From Candidatus Binatus sp. (GTDB lineage Bacteria; Desulfobacterota; Binatia; Binatales; Binataceae): a stretch of 64,000 nucleotides of DNA. The notes beneath the pieces were generated by a model that made no database searches, was not told where the DNA came from, and saw nothing but the letters and a program-made list of their open reading frames with translations. Shown in pieces: positions 50,781-59,375 of the stretch. A program made the translations under genes and the position numbers. How positions within the stretch are numbered: the first letter of the stretch is position 1; each line of letters opens with the position of its first letter. The DNA lies in contig NZ_DATCTO010000034.1 in assembly GCF_036567905.1 (NCBI RefSeq), positions 10,085 through 74,084 of the forward strand, read 5' to 3'.

Positions 50781-52603
50781 TCACTCTTCGCGCACTGTTC
50801 CAGCGTCCCGTTCCGAAACCTGGCCTCGCAAACACGGCGCTGAACCTTGCCGCTGGGGGTCTTGGGAATGTCGCCAGCCCTCAATAGTACGACCGCATGC
50901 ACTCGCACGTCATGCTCTTCTGCCACTGCGCGGCGAATGGCCCGGCTCACCGCGTCGAGATCCGCCGGAGACCGCCCGTTCGGATGGCTCGCGTGTGATC
51001 TGTCGTGCGATTCGCCGTTAGACTGGTGGCGCTCCGATTGGTAGTGGCGCTCCATTTCGGCGGCGATGATCAAACGCTCCTCGTCGGCGACATCGACCGA
51101 AAACGCCACACAACAACCCGGCCGCACTGCCGTATGGCTTTGCTCGACGGTCAATTCGATGTCGTGTGGGTAAAGGTTGCGACCGCCGATGATGATCAGA
51201 TCCTTCAGCCGGCCGGTGACAAATAGCTCACCGTCTCTCAAGAATCCCAGGTCTCCGGTGCGAAGAAACGGCCCTTCACCAGTATCTGCCAGGTAGGCGT
51301 GGAAGATGAGTTCTGTTTCCTCAAGCCGGTTCCAATAGCCCCGGGCCACGCTCGGGGCGGACACCCAGATTTCGCCCAGCTCATCAGGTGCACAGGCAGT
51401 CGATGATTCAGGATGAACGATAACGATTTTCGTGTCCGGCATCGCGCGACCACATCCAACCCGCGTGCGGACGTTCAACTGCTGGTCGGAGGTCTCCACG
51501 ACGCCGTTGTGTTCAAGCGCCGTCGCCTGGGTCGTGCACAGGACGGGCGCATCTTCTACGACTCCGCCCGATACGATCAGCGTGGCTTCGGCGAGCCCAT
51601 AACAGGGATAGAAGAAGTTTGGGCGGAAGCCACAAGCTGCGAAGGCCGCGGCAAACCGTTTCAGGGTGTCCGCACGGACCGGCTCGGCGCCGTTGTACGC
51701 CACCTTCCAATTGCTGAGGTCCAGACCGTCGCACTGTTCCGGAGTAATCTTGCGAGCGCATATTTCGTACGCGAAATTCGGGCCTCCACTTACAGTGGCT
51801 TCATAGCGCGAAACCGCCTGAAGCCACCGTACCGGCCGCTGAAGAAAGGACTGCGGAGGCATGAGAACGCACCCACGTCCTCCATACAGTGGCTGGATAA
51901 TTCCATTGGTAAGTCCCATATCATGGAAAACCGGCAGCCATGTCACGGAGACAGTGTCCGACGTAATCTCGAAAGCTTGGCTGATGTGGGCCGAGTTCTC
52001 GATAAGATTCCCATGACTGACCATTACGCCCCTCGGTACAGCGGTGGAGCCCGAGGTGTATTGGAGCAAAGCGAGGGTATCGCTGGTCGCCCCAGGGTTT
52101 CGCCAGTCCTGCGCCGCACCGCTGGGAACCTTGTCGGTGGCCAACCACTGTATTGTCTGCAGTTCTGGAGCTTGCGCGAAAAGGCCCTCAATCTTGGCCA
52201 GGATCGATGACGTGGTCAGCGCCAGCATCGGTTGAGCATCGTTTGCGATGGTGCGAAGCCTCGGGAGAGTCCGCTGCGGCTGCGCCATATTCGGCGGGGG
52301 CGTCGGGACGGCAACAACCCCGGCATATAAACATCCAAAAAAAGCCGGGATGAACTCAAGACCCGCGGGATAGAGCAATAGGGCTCGCTCCCCGCTTGCT
52401 CGGTAGCTTTGGAGCAACGCACCAATAGTGCGTGCCTGCCGGTCCAAGGCCGCGAATGTCAAATTCGCTCCTTCGATCTCTCCGTCGGCCAGGTAAGTGT
52501 AGATCCGCTGCTCTGGCTGCTGGAGCGCCCGCCAACGAAGAAGTTCGACGAGAGTAGAAGCTTTGGCGGTAGTTCGACTCACCCCTAGCTGATTCGGTTG
52601 CAT
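50777..52603 (-). CDS. fatty acyl-AMP ligase (FAAL)
   Basis: 608 aa; STLVELLRWRALQQPEQRIYTYL...LTFAALD...LQYTSGST...GDLGFLRDGELFVTGRLKD. It overlaps the PKS start by 4 nt. Confidence 0.9.
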   Translation of the reverse strand: MQPNQLGVSRTTAKASTLVELLRWRALQQPEQRIYTYLADGEIEGANLTFAALDRQARTIGALLQSYRASGERALLLYPAGLEFIPAFFGCLYAGVVAVPTPPPNMAQPQRTLPRLRTIANDAQPMLALTTSSILAKIEGLFAQAPELQTIQWLATDKVPSGAAQDWRNPGATSDTLALLQYTSGSTAVPRGVMVSHGNLIENSAHISQAFEITSDTVSVTWLPVFHDMGLTNGIIQPLYGGRGCVLMPPQSFLQRPVRWLQAVSRYEATVSGGPNFAYEICARKITPEQCDGLDLSNWKVAYNGAEPVRADTLKRFAAAFAACGFRPNFFYPCYGLAEATLIVSGGVVEDAPVLCTTQATALEHNGVVETSDQQLNVRTRVGCGRAMPDTKIVIVHPESSTACAPDELGEIWVSAPSVARGYWNRLEETELIFHAYLADTGEGPFLRTGDLGFLRDGELFVTGRLKDLIIIGGRNLYPHDIELTVEQSHTAVRPGCCVAFSVDVADEERLIIAAEMERHYQSERHQSNGESHDRSHASHPNGRSPADLDAVSRAIRRAVAEEHDVRVHAVVLLRAGDIPKTPSGKVQRRVCEARFRNGTLEQCAKSE

Positions 52604-53073
52604 TAGCTAAGCGATATCCATGTTCATTAGAATTACCCGGTTGATCCACGCGGCCAGCGAAGTGCCGGCCTTGCCTTTCGGATCTTCAAGACTGCTTCGC
52701 TTCTGCGAGGAATTATTTATCGCAACTGAGGTTTTTTGGGAAACGAAACGTCGCTGAAGACATTGACTCGTGTTCTTTAGAGAACCAAATGGCGAAGCAA
52801 AAACGAAGACTTGCGGTTCGCTCCCTAAGCCGCCGCTGTCTCCAAAGGAATTCAGCGCTTTGGGTTCATCAAATACCTTTCCCGAGGCCCTATGCAGCGC
52901 TGACCCGATATCATCCGCGATTCGGACGCCCCAGCTTCGCGAAAAGCCGTTTCGCAGCCGCGGATGCCGTACCGTCCTTGCTCCGCTTGATGAGAGACTC
53001 AGTCGATCCCTAATATGGATCGTGGTAGATGGCGGGTTCATGCGTTGAGCATTGTCGCTCAGGGAGAAGTATC

Positions 53074-54117
53074 ATGCATCGACTATCGTGGATCTGGATT
53101 AGGTACGGTGTCATGGTTGTGGTGCTGGGCGCTGCGCTGGCCGCGCCGGCCGGGGCGGCGACTCCGGACGCCTGGATCACCACGAAAATCAAGCTGGCCC
53201 TGTTGACCACCGAGGGCGTGAGCGGGACGGCCATTAAGGTGGACACGGTTATGGGCCAAGTCACTCTGTATGGCAAGGTGCACTCCGCCGAGGAGAAGGC
53301 GAAGGCCGAGAACATCGCTCGAAAAGTCGAGGGCGTTGAAGGCGTGCGCAACTTGTTGCAGGTGGTCGCCCCACAGCATGAGAAGGCGATGCGACTGTCT
53401 GATGACGACCTCAAGCAGCGGATCGAACAGGCGTTACAGGCCGATCCCTCACTCAAGAGCAGCAGTATCACTGTGCAATCCGTGAACCATGGCGTCGTGC
53501 TGCTGGGCGGCACGGCAAAGACCCTCAGCGCTCACCTGCGCGCCGTCGAGGATACGGCCACGGTGCCGGGTGTTGGCCGGGTCGCCAGCGAGATCCAGAG
53601 TCCCGACACCCTGGCCGATGCGGAGATCTGGCGCGCGCCCACGCCGCCGTCCAGCGCGGGATACGGAGCTTGGGACACCGCCAACGACATATGGGTCACG
53701 TCGGCCGTGAGGATGAGCTTACTGGCCGATAGCAACGTTCCGGGATTCGAAATCGATCTGGACTCGTGGAACGGGGTGGTGACGCTGTTCGGGATTGTAA
53801 ACTCACAGGACGCGAAAAGCGCCGCGCAGGCCGATGCCCTCAAGGTGAGCGGAGTAAAGCGCGTGGTGAATGAACTGCAGGTGGTGCCGAGCGCGAAGCA
53901 GCAAGCCGTGAACGCGAGCGACGGCGAGCTGCAGCGCACGGTCAGGAAGGCTCTCGACGAGCATCAGTTCAAATACGTCGGCCTCGAGGTGAGGAACGGC
54001 GTCGCGCGGCTGACTGGGACCGTCCCCACCGGCGCGCGGAACCTGGAGGCCGCAGTGCTAGCGCGTTCGGTTCCGGGCGTGCGCGCGGTCCAGGACGATC
54101 TGCGCCTGCGGGACTAA
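53074..54117 (+). CDS. periplasmic protein with four BON domains (OsmY-like)
   Basis: ATG 53074 after agggaga. Signal peptide VVVLGAALAAPAGAA. Four repeats of the pattern ...V.V....G.VTL.G.V.S...K..A......V.GV..V.N.L.V. Confidence 0.85.
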   Translation: MHRLSWIWIRYGVMVVVLGAALAAPAGAATPDAWITTKIKLALLTTEGVSGTAIKVDTVMGQVTLYGKVHSAEEKAKAENIARKVEGVEGVRNLLQVVAPQHEKAMRLSDDDLKQRIEQALQADPSLKSSSITVQSVNHGVVLLGGTAKTLSAHLRAVEDTATVPGVGRVASEIQSPDTLADAEIWRAPTPPSSAGYGAWDTANDIWVTSAVRMSLLADSNVPGFEIDLDSWNGVVTLFGIVNSQDAKSAAQADALKVSGVKRVVNELQVVPSAKQQAVNASDGELQRTVRKALDEHQFKYVGLEVRNGVARLTGTVPTGARNLEAAVLARSVPGVRAVQDDLRLRD

Positions 54118-54235
54118 CCCAACGCGGCTGCGGCCCGACGCCACCCGAAATATTTGGGTTTGCGGGGGCTTGTCTCGATTTTAGAATCGCGCGCATGGAA
54201 GAAGCAGTCATCCGATCTAGAGAGCAAATGATTCC

Positions 54236-55378
54236 ATGGCTTGCGACACACGTCAGGACTGCCTTCGCCATCGTCTCGCCGCCGGCATCGCCTTGATCGC
54301 GGCGTGGTTGGCGAGCCTCAACGCATTCGCCGGCGCCAGATGCAGTCCGTTCGGCGACCCCCCAGCACAGGTGGACCGAGGCTGGTACGCCAGCTTTGTG
54401 GCCGCGCGCAACTCGGTATGCCTCGGCGGTAAGCTGTTGGGCCCGTGGACCGACCGAAACGGCGACGCGCGCTACGCCTGTCTCTACGAGCCTGCGGGCG
54501 CCGCCGAGCGAGAACCGCTGCCGATGTTGGTATTCCTTCATCCATCCGAAACGAGCGCCTACTCGGTAATTCTCACCGGCCTGGTTGGGCTGATTGACAA
54601 AGGAGTTCTCAAGCAAGGGGCTCCCGGTTTCATTCTGCTTGCGCCACAAGGCCGCTACACGACGCATCTCTATCCTGGATACGATTCGAACGCGCTCGGC
54701 TGGGACAACTGGTACCGGCAGCTGAGTCTCACTGGAGCGGTCGCCGTAGGTGATGCGACTTACGACGAAAACGCGGACGCAGCTTCGATTGATCATTTCG
54801 TCGATGAAATGACCGCCACAGGAAAAGTCGATCGTCAGCGGATCTATATGATGGGCTGGTCCAACGGCGCCGCGATGGCGCTGCTATACGCATTGAATCG
54901 GCCGTGGGTCGCAGCCGCGGCCGTCTATTCCGCGCCCGACCCGTTCGCCGCGCTGTTCGACGTGTGCACCCAGACTCCAGTAGCGGTCGCTCCGGTGGGC
55001 GACGGCCAGGCGCGAGTGTTCAATCCGCGGGTACCGCTGATGCACGTGCACAACGATTGCGACATCGGCGGAATTTGTCCGAACGGCAGCAGGTTTGCAC
55101 ACCGTGTGCGCGCGCTCGGCGGCAGCATCGAGGACGTTATCGTCGATTCGTCGGGAATCCGGGTACCTTCGTGCGACGACTCATGCGGCACCGATGAGAT
55201 GGCCGATGGCGAGATCTCGACCGTCGCAAGTTTCCGCGGCCTGGTTCGTCACATGCGCTGGCCGGCTCGGTGGAACGAGCGGATGTTGAACTTCCTCAGA
55301 CGCCATCCGCTCGGCATTTCGAACGATCAGGACACGCGCGACTGGTCGCTCGAATCGCCGACTGCGCGAGGCGATTAG
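54236..55378 (+). CDS. secreted alpha/beta-hydrolase (esterase / PHB-depolymerase-like)
   Basis: Signal-like N-terminus. Nucleophile elbow MGWSNGAAM preceded by LPMLVFLHP. Cys-rich C-terminus. Confidence 0.55.
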   Translation: MACDTRQDCLRHRLAAGIALIAAWLASLNAFAGARCSPFGDPPAQVDRGWYASFVAARNSVCLGGKLLGPWTDRNGDARYACLYEPAGAAEREPLPMLVFLHPSETSAYSVILTGLVGLIDKGVLKQGAPGFILLAPQGRYTTHLYPGYDSNALGWDNWYRQLSLTGAVAVGDATYDENADAASIDHFVDEMTATGKVDRQRIYMMGWSNGAAMALLYALNRPWVAAAAVYSAPDPFAALFDVCTQTPVAVAPVGDGQARVFNPRVPLMHVHNDCDIGGICPNGSRFAHRVRALGGSIEDVIVDSSGIRVPSCDDSCGTDEMADGEISTVASFRGLVRHMRWPARWNERMLNFLRRHPLGISNDQDTRDWSLESPTARGD

Positions 55379-55413
55379 AGCGGACTAACGGGGATATACG
55401 GCCCTTTGGTTAT

Positions 55414-55689
55414 ATGAGTGACCTTAATCAACGATCAAAGCATACTTTATTTTACTGGTCATGCTACCGTGAGCTTGTGACTAATCGAAAACTGACTAAA
55501 GCAGTATGTATCTCAACTATGATTCTAGTTGGCAGCGTGTGGGCCGGCGGATGCGCCGTGTTCGTGCCGGTAGATACCGGCCCGCCTCCCGCAGAGGTCA
55601 CGCGGACCTCCACTACCACCCAGAGCAACGTCCCGAGTCCCGCCGTAACCACGCAGAAGACCACGACCACACAGACCAGCGGCGATTAG
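55414..55689 (+). CDS. small Thr-rich lipoprotein
   Basis: Lipobox VWAGGC followed by ...TSTTTQSNVPSPAVTTQKTTTTQTSGD. ATG 55519 (MILVGSVWAGGC) is a shorter alternative start. Confidence 0.5.
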   Translation: MSDLNQRSKHTLFYWSCYRELVTNRKLTKAVCISTMILVGSVWAGGCAVFVPVDTGPPPAEVTRTSTTTQSNVPSPAVTTQKTTTTQTSGD

Positions 55690-55803
55690 CGCCAGTCTCG
55701 AATTGACAGCGTTCGGCAACGAGCCTTGTGTTCAAAGTAACAATTGGTGGGTCGGAAAAGTCCGATCGCCAACTCACAGCCAAAGTCCAAGGGAGAAACT
55801 AAA

Positions 55804-56091
55804 ATGAATTCAGTGCAACGATTTGCCATCAGCGTCGTGGCTACTGCGGCCTTCGCCTGCGTTGCCGGATGCGGCACCAGCACCAAGGAAGTTGACACCA
55901 CCAGTTATGTCCCCGCCGCGCCGGCTCAAGTCGTCGTGCAGCCCGCGCCTGCACCGGTGGTTCCTCCTACTACGACCAGCAACACGTCGATCGATCGCTC
56001 AAGCAATTCAAGTGACTCGGGCAATGCCGGCACCGTGAATAGCTCGAGTTCCCATCACAGCGAATCCACCACCGTGACTCCCAGCAACTGA
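55804..56091 (+). CDS. small Ser/Thr/Pro-rich lipoprotein
   Basis: ATG 55804 after aagggaga. Lipobox CVAGC. PAAPAQVVVQPAPAPVVPPTTTSNTS...SSSSHHSES, resembling the 12540 protein. Confidence 0.6.
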   Translation: MNSVQRFAISVVATAAFACVAGCGTSTKEVDTTSYVPAAPAQVVVQPAPAPVVPPTTTSNTSIDRSSNSSDSGNAGTVNSSSSHHSESTTVTPSN

Positions 56092-56115
56092 TCGCAGCTG
56101 GGGGAGAATACTGCG

Positions 56116-56517
56116 ATGCGAAACTATCGCAATCGAAAAAGAACAGCGGTGGCCACATTCGCGATCGCGTCATTGATTGGCGGCGGACTGCTGGCCTTCA
56201 GTGCCCGCGCCCAACCGGGTCCCCCCGACTCCTCGAGCTCCGTGTCGCGGCAGAACGACAGCGTAAACGTCACCGCGGAGCATCATTACAACTCCCCGGC
56301 TGAACGTGCGCACGACGATCTGCTGATCACCGAGGTCAAGAGCGCACTTGCCCGCGACGGTGTTACCGACAACTATCCGGTTGCCGTCGATTGCGACCAT
56401 GGCAAGATCTTGTTGAGCGGCGTGGTCAAGTCGGCCCAGGCCGCGCAACATGCCGGTGACATTGCGGCCGCCGCACAAGGCGTCACCGGGGTAAAAAATC
56501 AGCTGACCTGGCATTAG
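56116..56517 (+). CDS. single BON-domain periplasmic protein
   Basis: Signal peptide, then DDLLITEVKSALARDGV...VDCDHGKILLSGVVKS..QA..AGDIA....GVTGVKNQL. Confidence 0.8.
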   Translation: MRNYRNRKRTAVATFAIASLIGGGLLAFSARAQPGPPDSSSSVSRQNDSVNVTAEHHYNSPAERAHDDLLITEVKSALARDGVTDNYPVAVDCDHGKILLSGVVKSAQAAQHAGDIAAAAQGVTGVKNQLTWH

Positions 56518-56543
56518 CCGGCCGTCAGCGGGGTTAAAGCACG

Positions 56544-56699
56544 ATGTTATTGATTCTCATCATCGTACTGATTCTATTCGCCGGCGGCGGTGGTTACCGA
56601 ACCTATCATCACGGCGCCAGGGATCCGGGCGGCCTGTTGATGCTGGTGCTCATGATCATGTTGGTCGTCTGGCTAATCAACGGCGGCCTTCACATCTGA
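56544..56699 (+). CDS. unlisted 51-aa two-helix membrane peptide (DUF3309-like)
   Basis: My own translation, below the track length cut-off: MLLILIIVLILFAGGGGYRTYHHGARDPGGLLMLVLMIMLVVWLINGGLHI, ending at TGA 56697-56699. It starts 27 nt after the BON gene. Confidence 0.55.
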   Translation: MLLILIIVLILFAGGGGYRTYHHGARDPGGLLMLVLMIMLVVWLINGGLHI

Positions 56700-56822
56700 C
56701 CATTAGCTTACGTCGCAGCCGCCAATTGCGGCGCCGTCGGCCGAAGTCGAACCAGCGAAAGCCAATTCAACCCGTCGGATCGACAGCGATTCTAGCTCTT
56801 CGCTGTTGATCCGGTCCCGCGG

Positions 56823-57161
56823 TCAAAATCCAAAAAAGAGGTTGACGCCCTCGGGCGGCGGCGGCGGGTAGTAGTCCGGCTGCGGCGGATAATATTCGTA
56901 GGGCTCAGGCGCATAGTAGTAGTCCGGCTGAGGCGCGTAATAATAGTCCGGCTGAGGCGCATAATAGATGTTGGGTCCGCGGCCGCGATCGCCGTGATCA
57001 TTATGCTGATCGCCGCCGCGGCCGCGATCGCCGCCGTGATGGTCGTCGGCGCGAGCCGGCCCGACCGAGACACTGCCGATCACCAGGGCAAACGCGACCG
57101 CCGTCGCGATCCTGCCTATCTTAGAGCGCGATGCCTTTTTCGGCTTGGGCGATATTTGCAT
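56823..57161 (-). CDS. secreted His/Asp/Gly-rich plus Tyr/Pro octapeptide-repeat protein
   Basis: ATG 57161 (MQISPKPKK...). Signal peptide AFALVIGSVSVGPARA. DDHHGGDRGRGGDQHNDHGDRGRG, then YYAPQPDY x3-4 and PPPPP. Confidence 0.6.
   Translation of the reverse strand: MQISPKPKKASRSKIGRIATAVAFALVIGSVSVGPARADDHHGGDRGRGGDQHNDHGDRGRGPNIYYAPQPDYYYAPQPDYYYAPEPYEYYPPQPDYYPPPPPEGVNLFFGF
56868..56963. repeat. four 24-bp in-frame tandem units
   Basis: gtagtagtccggctg recurs at 56868 and 56916, and gtccggctgaggcgc at 56922 and 56946. These encode the YYAPQPDY repeat. Confidence 0.8.
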
Positions 57162-57193
57162 GGTGACTCTCCATCGCGGGAGCGACTCCCGGT

Positions 57194-57745
57194 TCATTTG
57201 CTCTCTTTGGCCTCTTTTTTCGCCGCAGTCCGCGCGCGGCTCCGGAACAGCGAGTCGGCGACCTTTTTCTGCGCGTCCGACATGCTGTTGTACAGAGCCT
57301 CGAAGGCCGGAATGAATTTCTTCATTCCAGCGTCATGCGCTTCGATCACGGACCCATAGGATTTGACGACTTCGACTGCGTTCAGCGACTTCGCGTTTGC
57401 CGCCCGTTGCTTTTGCAGCTCCACCATCGCCTGCGCGTTATCGCGCATCACTTGGGCGAGGTCGTCCCATTGAGTCTTCTGCGCGTCCGTGATGTGGAGC
57501 TTTTTGTGCAGCTCCGTGATCCGCGCCTCGACCGATGCAATTCCGTGCGCTTCCGGCGCTGGCGCCGCCATCATCTCGGGCGGCGCAGCCTGCGCTACCA
57601 CCTCGCCGGCCGCGGGCGACTTGGTCGCAGCCGCCTGGGAGAAATCACCTGAGGCCGCAAACAAAGGGCCGGCGAGAACGATAGCGCCGAGCAGAGCTGC
57701 CGCCGCGCTGGCCGCGCATGCGGCCGGATGCTTGAGCAGGATCAT
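57194..57745 (-). CDS. periplasmic Spy/CpxP-like (LTXXQ motif) protein
   Basis: ATG 57745 (MILLKHPAACA...) with a signal peptide. Motifs HITDAQKTQW and MSDAQKKVAD; helical, with a Lys-rich tail. Confidence 0.5.
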   Translation of the reverse strand: MILLKHPAACAASAAAALLGAIVLAGPLFAASGDFSQAAATKSPAAGEVVAQAAPPEMMAAPAPEAHGIASVEARITELHKKLHITDAQKTQWDDLAQVMRDNAQAMVELQKQRAANAKSLNAVEVVKSYGSVIEAHDAGMKKFIPAFEALYNSMSDAQKKVADSLFRSRARTAAKKEAKESK

Positions 57746-58265
57746 GATGTACACTCCCTTGTAGTTGCGATTGCTGAAACGTTGAAACTCCCGCGCGCTC
57801 AAAATTCGCCGCCGCTTCAATTTGATTGTTCCCACATCCGATGCGCTTGCGGCGACGGACGATTTTGGAACCTCCGCCAGTCTCGCCTAAAGGGTACGAG
57901 AATTCCACCTGCATTCGCCGAAAGAAAGTGCCCTACAGCACATTCGTGTGCGCTACCCAACTTAAGCAAGTTCTGGCGGCCCCCGCCGCCTGGCGCAACG
58001 TTGAACAAAGCAAATCAAATGAACCGCGGGCGCGAGCGACGTGCTTCTAGTTCACGCTCCTAGCGCGGACACGCTCTCACGACTCGCAGCAGAACTCGAT
58101 GGCGATGATTTCGCCGGGCCGTGGATCGAGAGTCTCTTTAGCCGAAGGCCTGCCCGCTTGCGGTAGTTGCGTCCAAAATCAGGACGCGCTCGCGGCAAGC
58201 GCCTCGCGCAGATCGGCGATTGGCAAGGGAATAGTCGCGCGCGAGCGAAGCGAGTGCGCCTTCCT

Positions 58266-58700
58266 TTACTCTTCTTCCCCTGTCGAGGAGGAAGTCCTTA
58301 TAGCCGCACTTTCCGGTTCACGTAGGCTACAGTCTTCGAGATGGTACGGGTACTTCCAATAACCGCCCTTCAAACCGCCTGAGAAAATATAGCGGAAAAA
58401 TAAAGCGGACCCCTTGTCTTTTCGCGCCGATTCTGAACTGGTCTCAAAAACTGGCAGGGCACCACATTCGGGGCACTTGTGCGCTTCCCTCTTCTCTTCG
58501 AGCAGTATGGCAGCCAGGCGGGTGACGGGGTCGATGTCGTCTTTGTCAACTCCAGGGCGAAGCTTCGAATCAAGTAGTTGACGAAGCTCATCGAGCGCTG
58601 ACGTAAGCGTAGCGAGGTTATTCATGATTCCAGAGCCAATACCCAATGCAACTAGAAGAACGATCAGGAGCGCCACCAAAAACAGGTCGTGTGGATTCAT
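58266..58700 (-). CDS. hypothetical N-terminally anchored protein
   Basis: TM helix LFLVALLIVLLVALGIGSGIM and a single CPECG. The gene is low in GC. Confidence 0.45.
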   Translation of the reverse strand: MNPHDLFLVALLIVLLVALGIGSGIMNNLATLTSALDELRQLLDSKLRPGVDKDDIDPVTRLAAILLEEKREAHKCPECGALPVFETSSESARKDKGSALFFRYIFSGGLKGGYWKYPYHLEDCSLREPESAAIRTSSSTGEEE

Positions 58701-58743
58701 CGTGTTTCAGGGAAGAATCGCGCGTGAGGGCGCGCTTCCCCGC

Positions 58744-59361
58744 TCATTGCTCTGATCGCCTGAGAAGAAGAGCGCTGATACGGTGAATAGCGACCGCGAA
58801 AAGTGCGCGCTCGGATTCGAGCTGTAGCCGATGGCGACGGCAACCTTCTAGTACCTTTGTCAAGCCGATCTTGTTGGCAGGAATGCTCTTAGACGAATAG
58901 CGCGATCTGGCAACTAACTTGTGTGTGGCGACGTGGGCCGTTCTTGTTCCACGCGCGATCGAGCCAACCTGAGCCTTGAGCACCTCGACCCTACACTCAA
59001 AGAGAGGAATTAACTTTCTAACGAGTGACGGGTCGTCGTCCAGCTCAGATGCTAGTTTTGATAGGTGCTCCGGTGTCAACTCAGCTTTCTTTTCGGTCTC
59101 GGCTGCCTCTGCCAGATCCATGTGCGTCTTTGTCTTGTCGGCCGCGAGCGCCTCGAACCTCTCAAGACGTTGTTGAAAGGCTCGACGGATATTTGTGATC
59201 AGTGGTTTGTCCGAGGAGACGGTCGCGATCAGCTGTTCGAGGTTCGCTTCGGCAGCCTCCAGTTCATCTTCTAAGCCTTCATTTTCGGCGGTCAGACGGG
59301 CGATCTTCTTGGTCTCCTCCTCGATCATAGTTTGCAATTCAGCAGCAGATTTCATCGCCAT
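58744..59361 (-). CDS. hypothetical coiled-coil protein
   Basis: ATG 59361 with GAGGAA 8 nt upstream; the track start at 59367 is a TTG. The N-terminal half is Glu/Ala/Leu heptad-like. Confidence 0.5.
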   Translation of the reverse strand: MAMKSAAELQTMIEEETKKIARLTAENEGLEDELEAAEANLEQLIATVSSDKPLITNIRRAFQQRLERFEALAADKTKTHMDLAEAAETEKKAELTPEHLSKLASELDDDPSLVRKLIPLFECRVEVLKAQVGSIARGTRTAHVATHKLVARSRYSSKSIPANKIGLTKVLEGCRRHRLQLESERALFAVAIHRISALLLRRSEQ

Positions 59362-59375
59362 TTCCAAACTTCCTC

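Noticed and set aside
52813-52825. gcggttcgctccc resembling the tRNA-Gly T-arm (ccggttcgacccc) as a possible island att repeat
   Set aside because: Only about 10 of 13 positions match and it does not extend to the tRNA 3' end. This is too weak to call a direct repeat.
52607-53041. 144-aa ORF, and overlapping plus-strand ORFs, in the 470-bp region between the FAAL and BON genes
   Set aside because: They have no motifs, no SD and a mixed composition. The region is better explained as divergent promoters; it contains a gttct-N4-agaac palindrome at 52772-52785.
58060-58265. Short minus-strand reading frames downstream of the 58266 gene, for example ...TIPLPIADLREALAASAS
   Set aside because: Each has fewer than 40 codons and no start codon or RBS. 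They are probably non-coding remnants.
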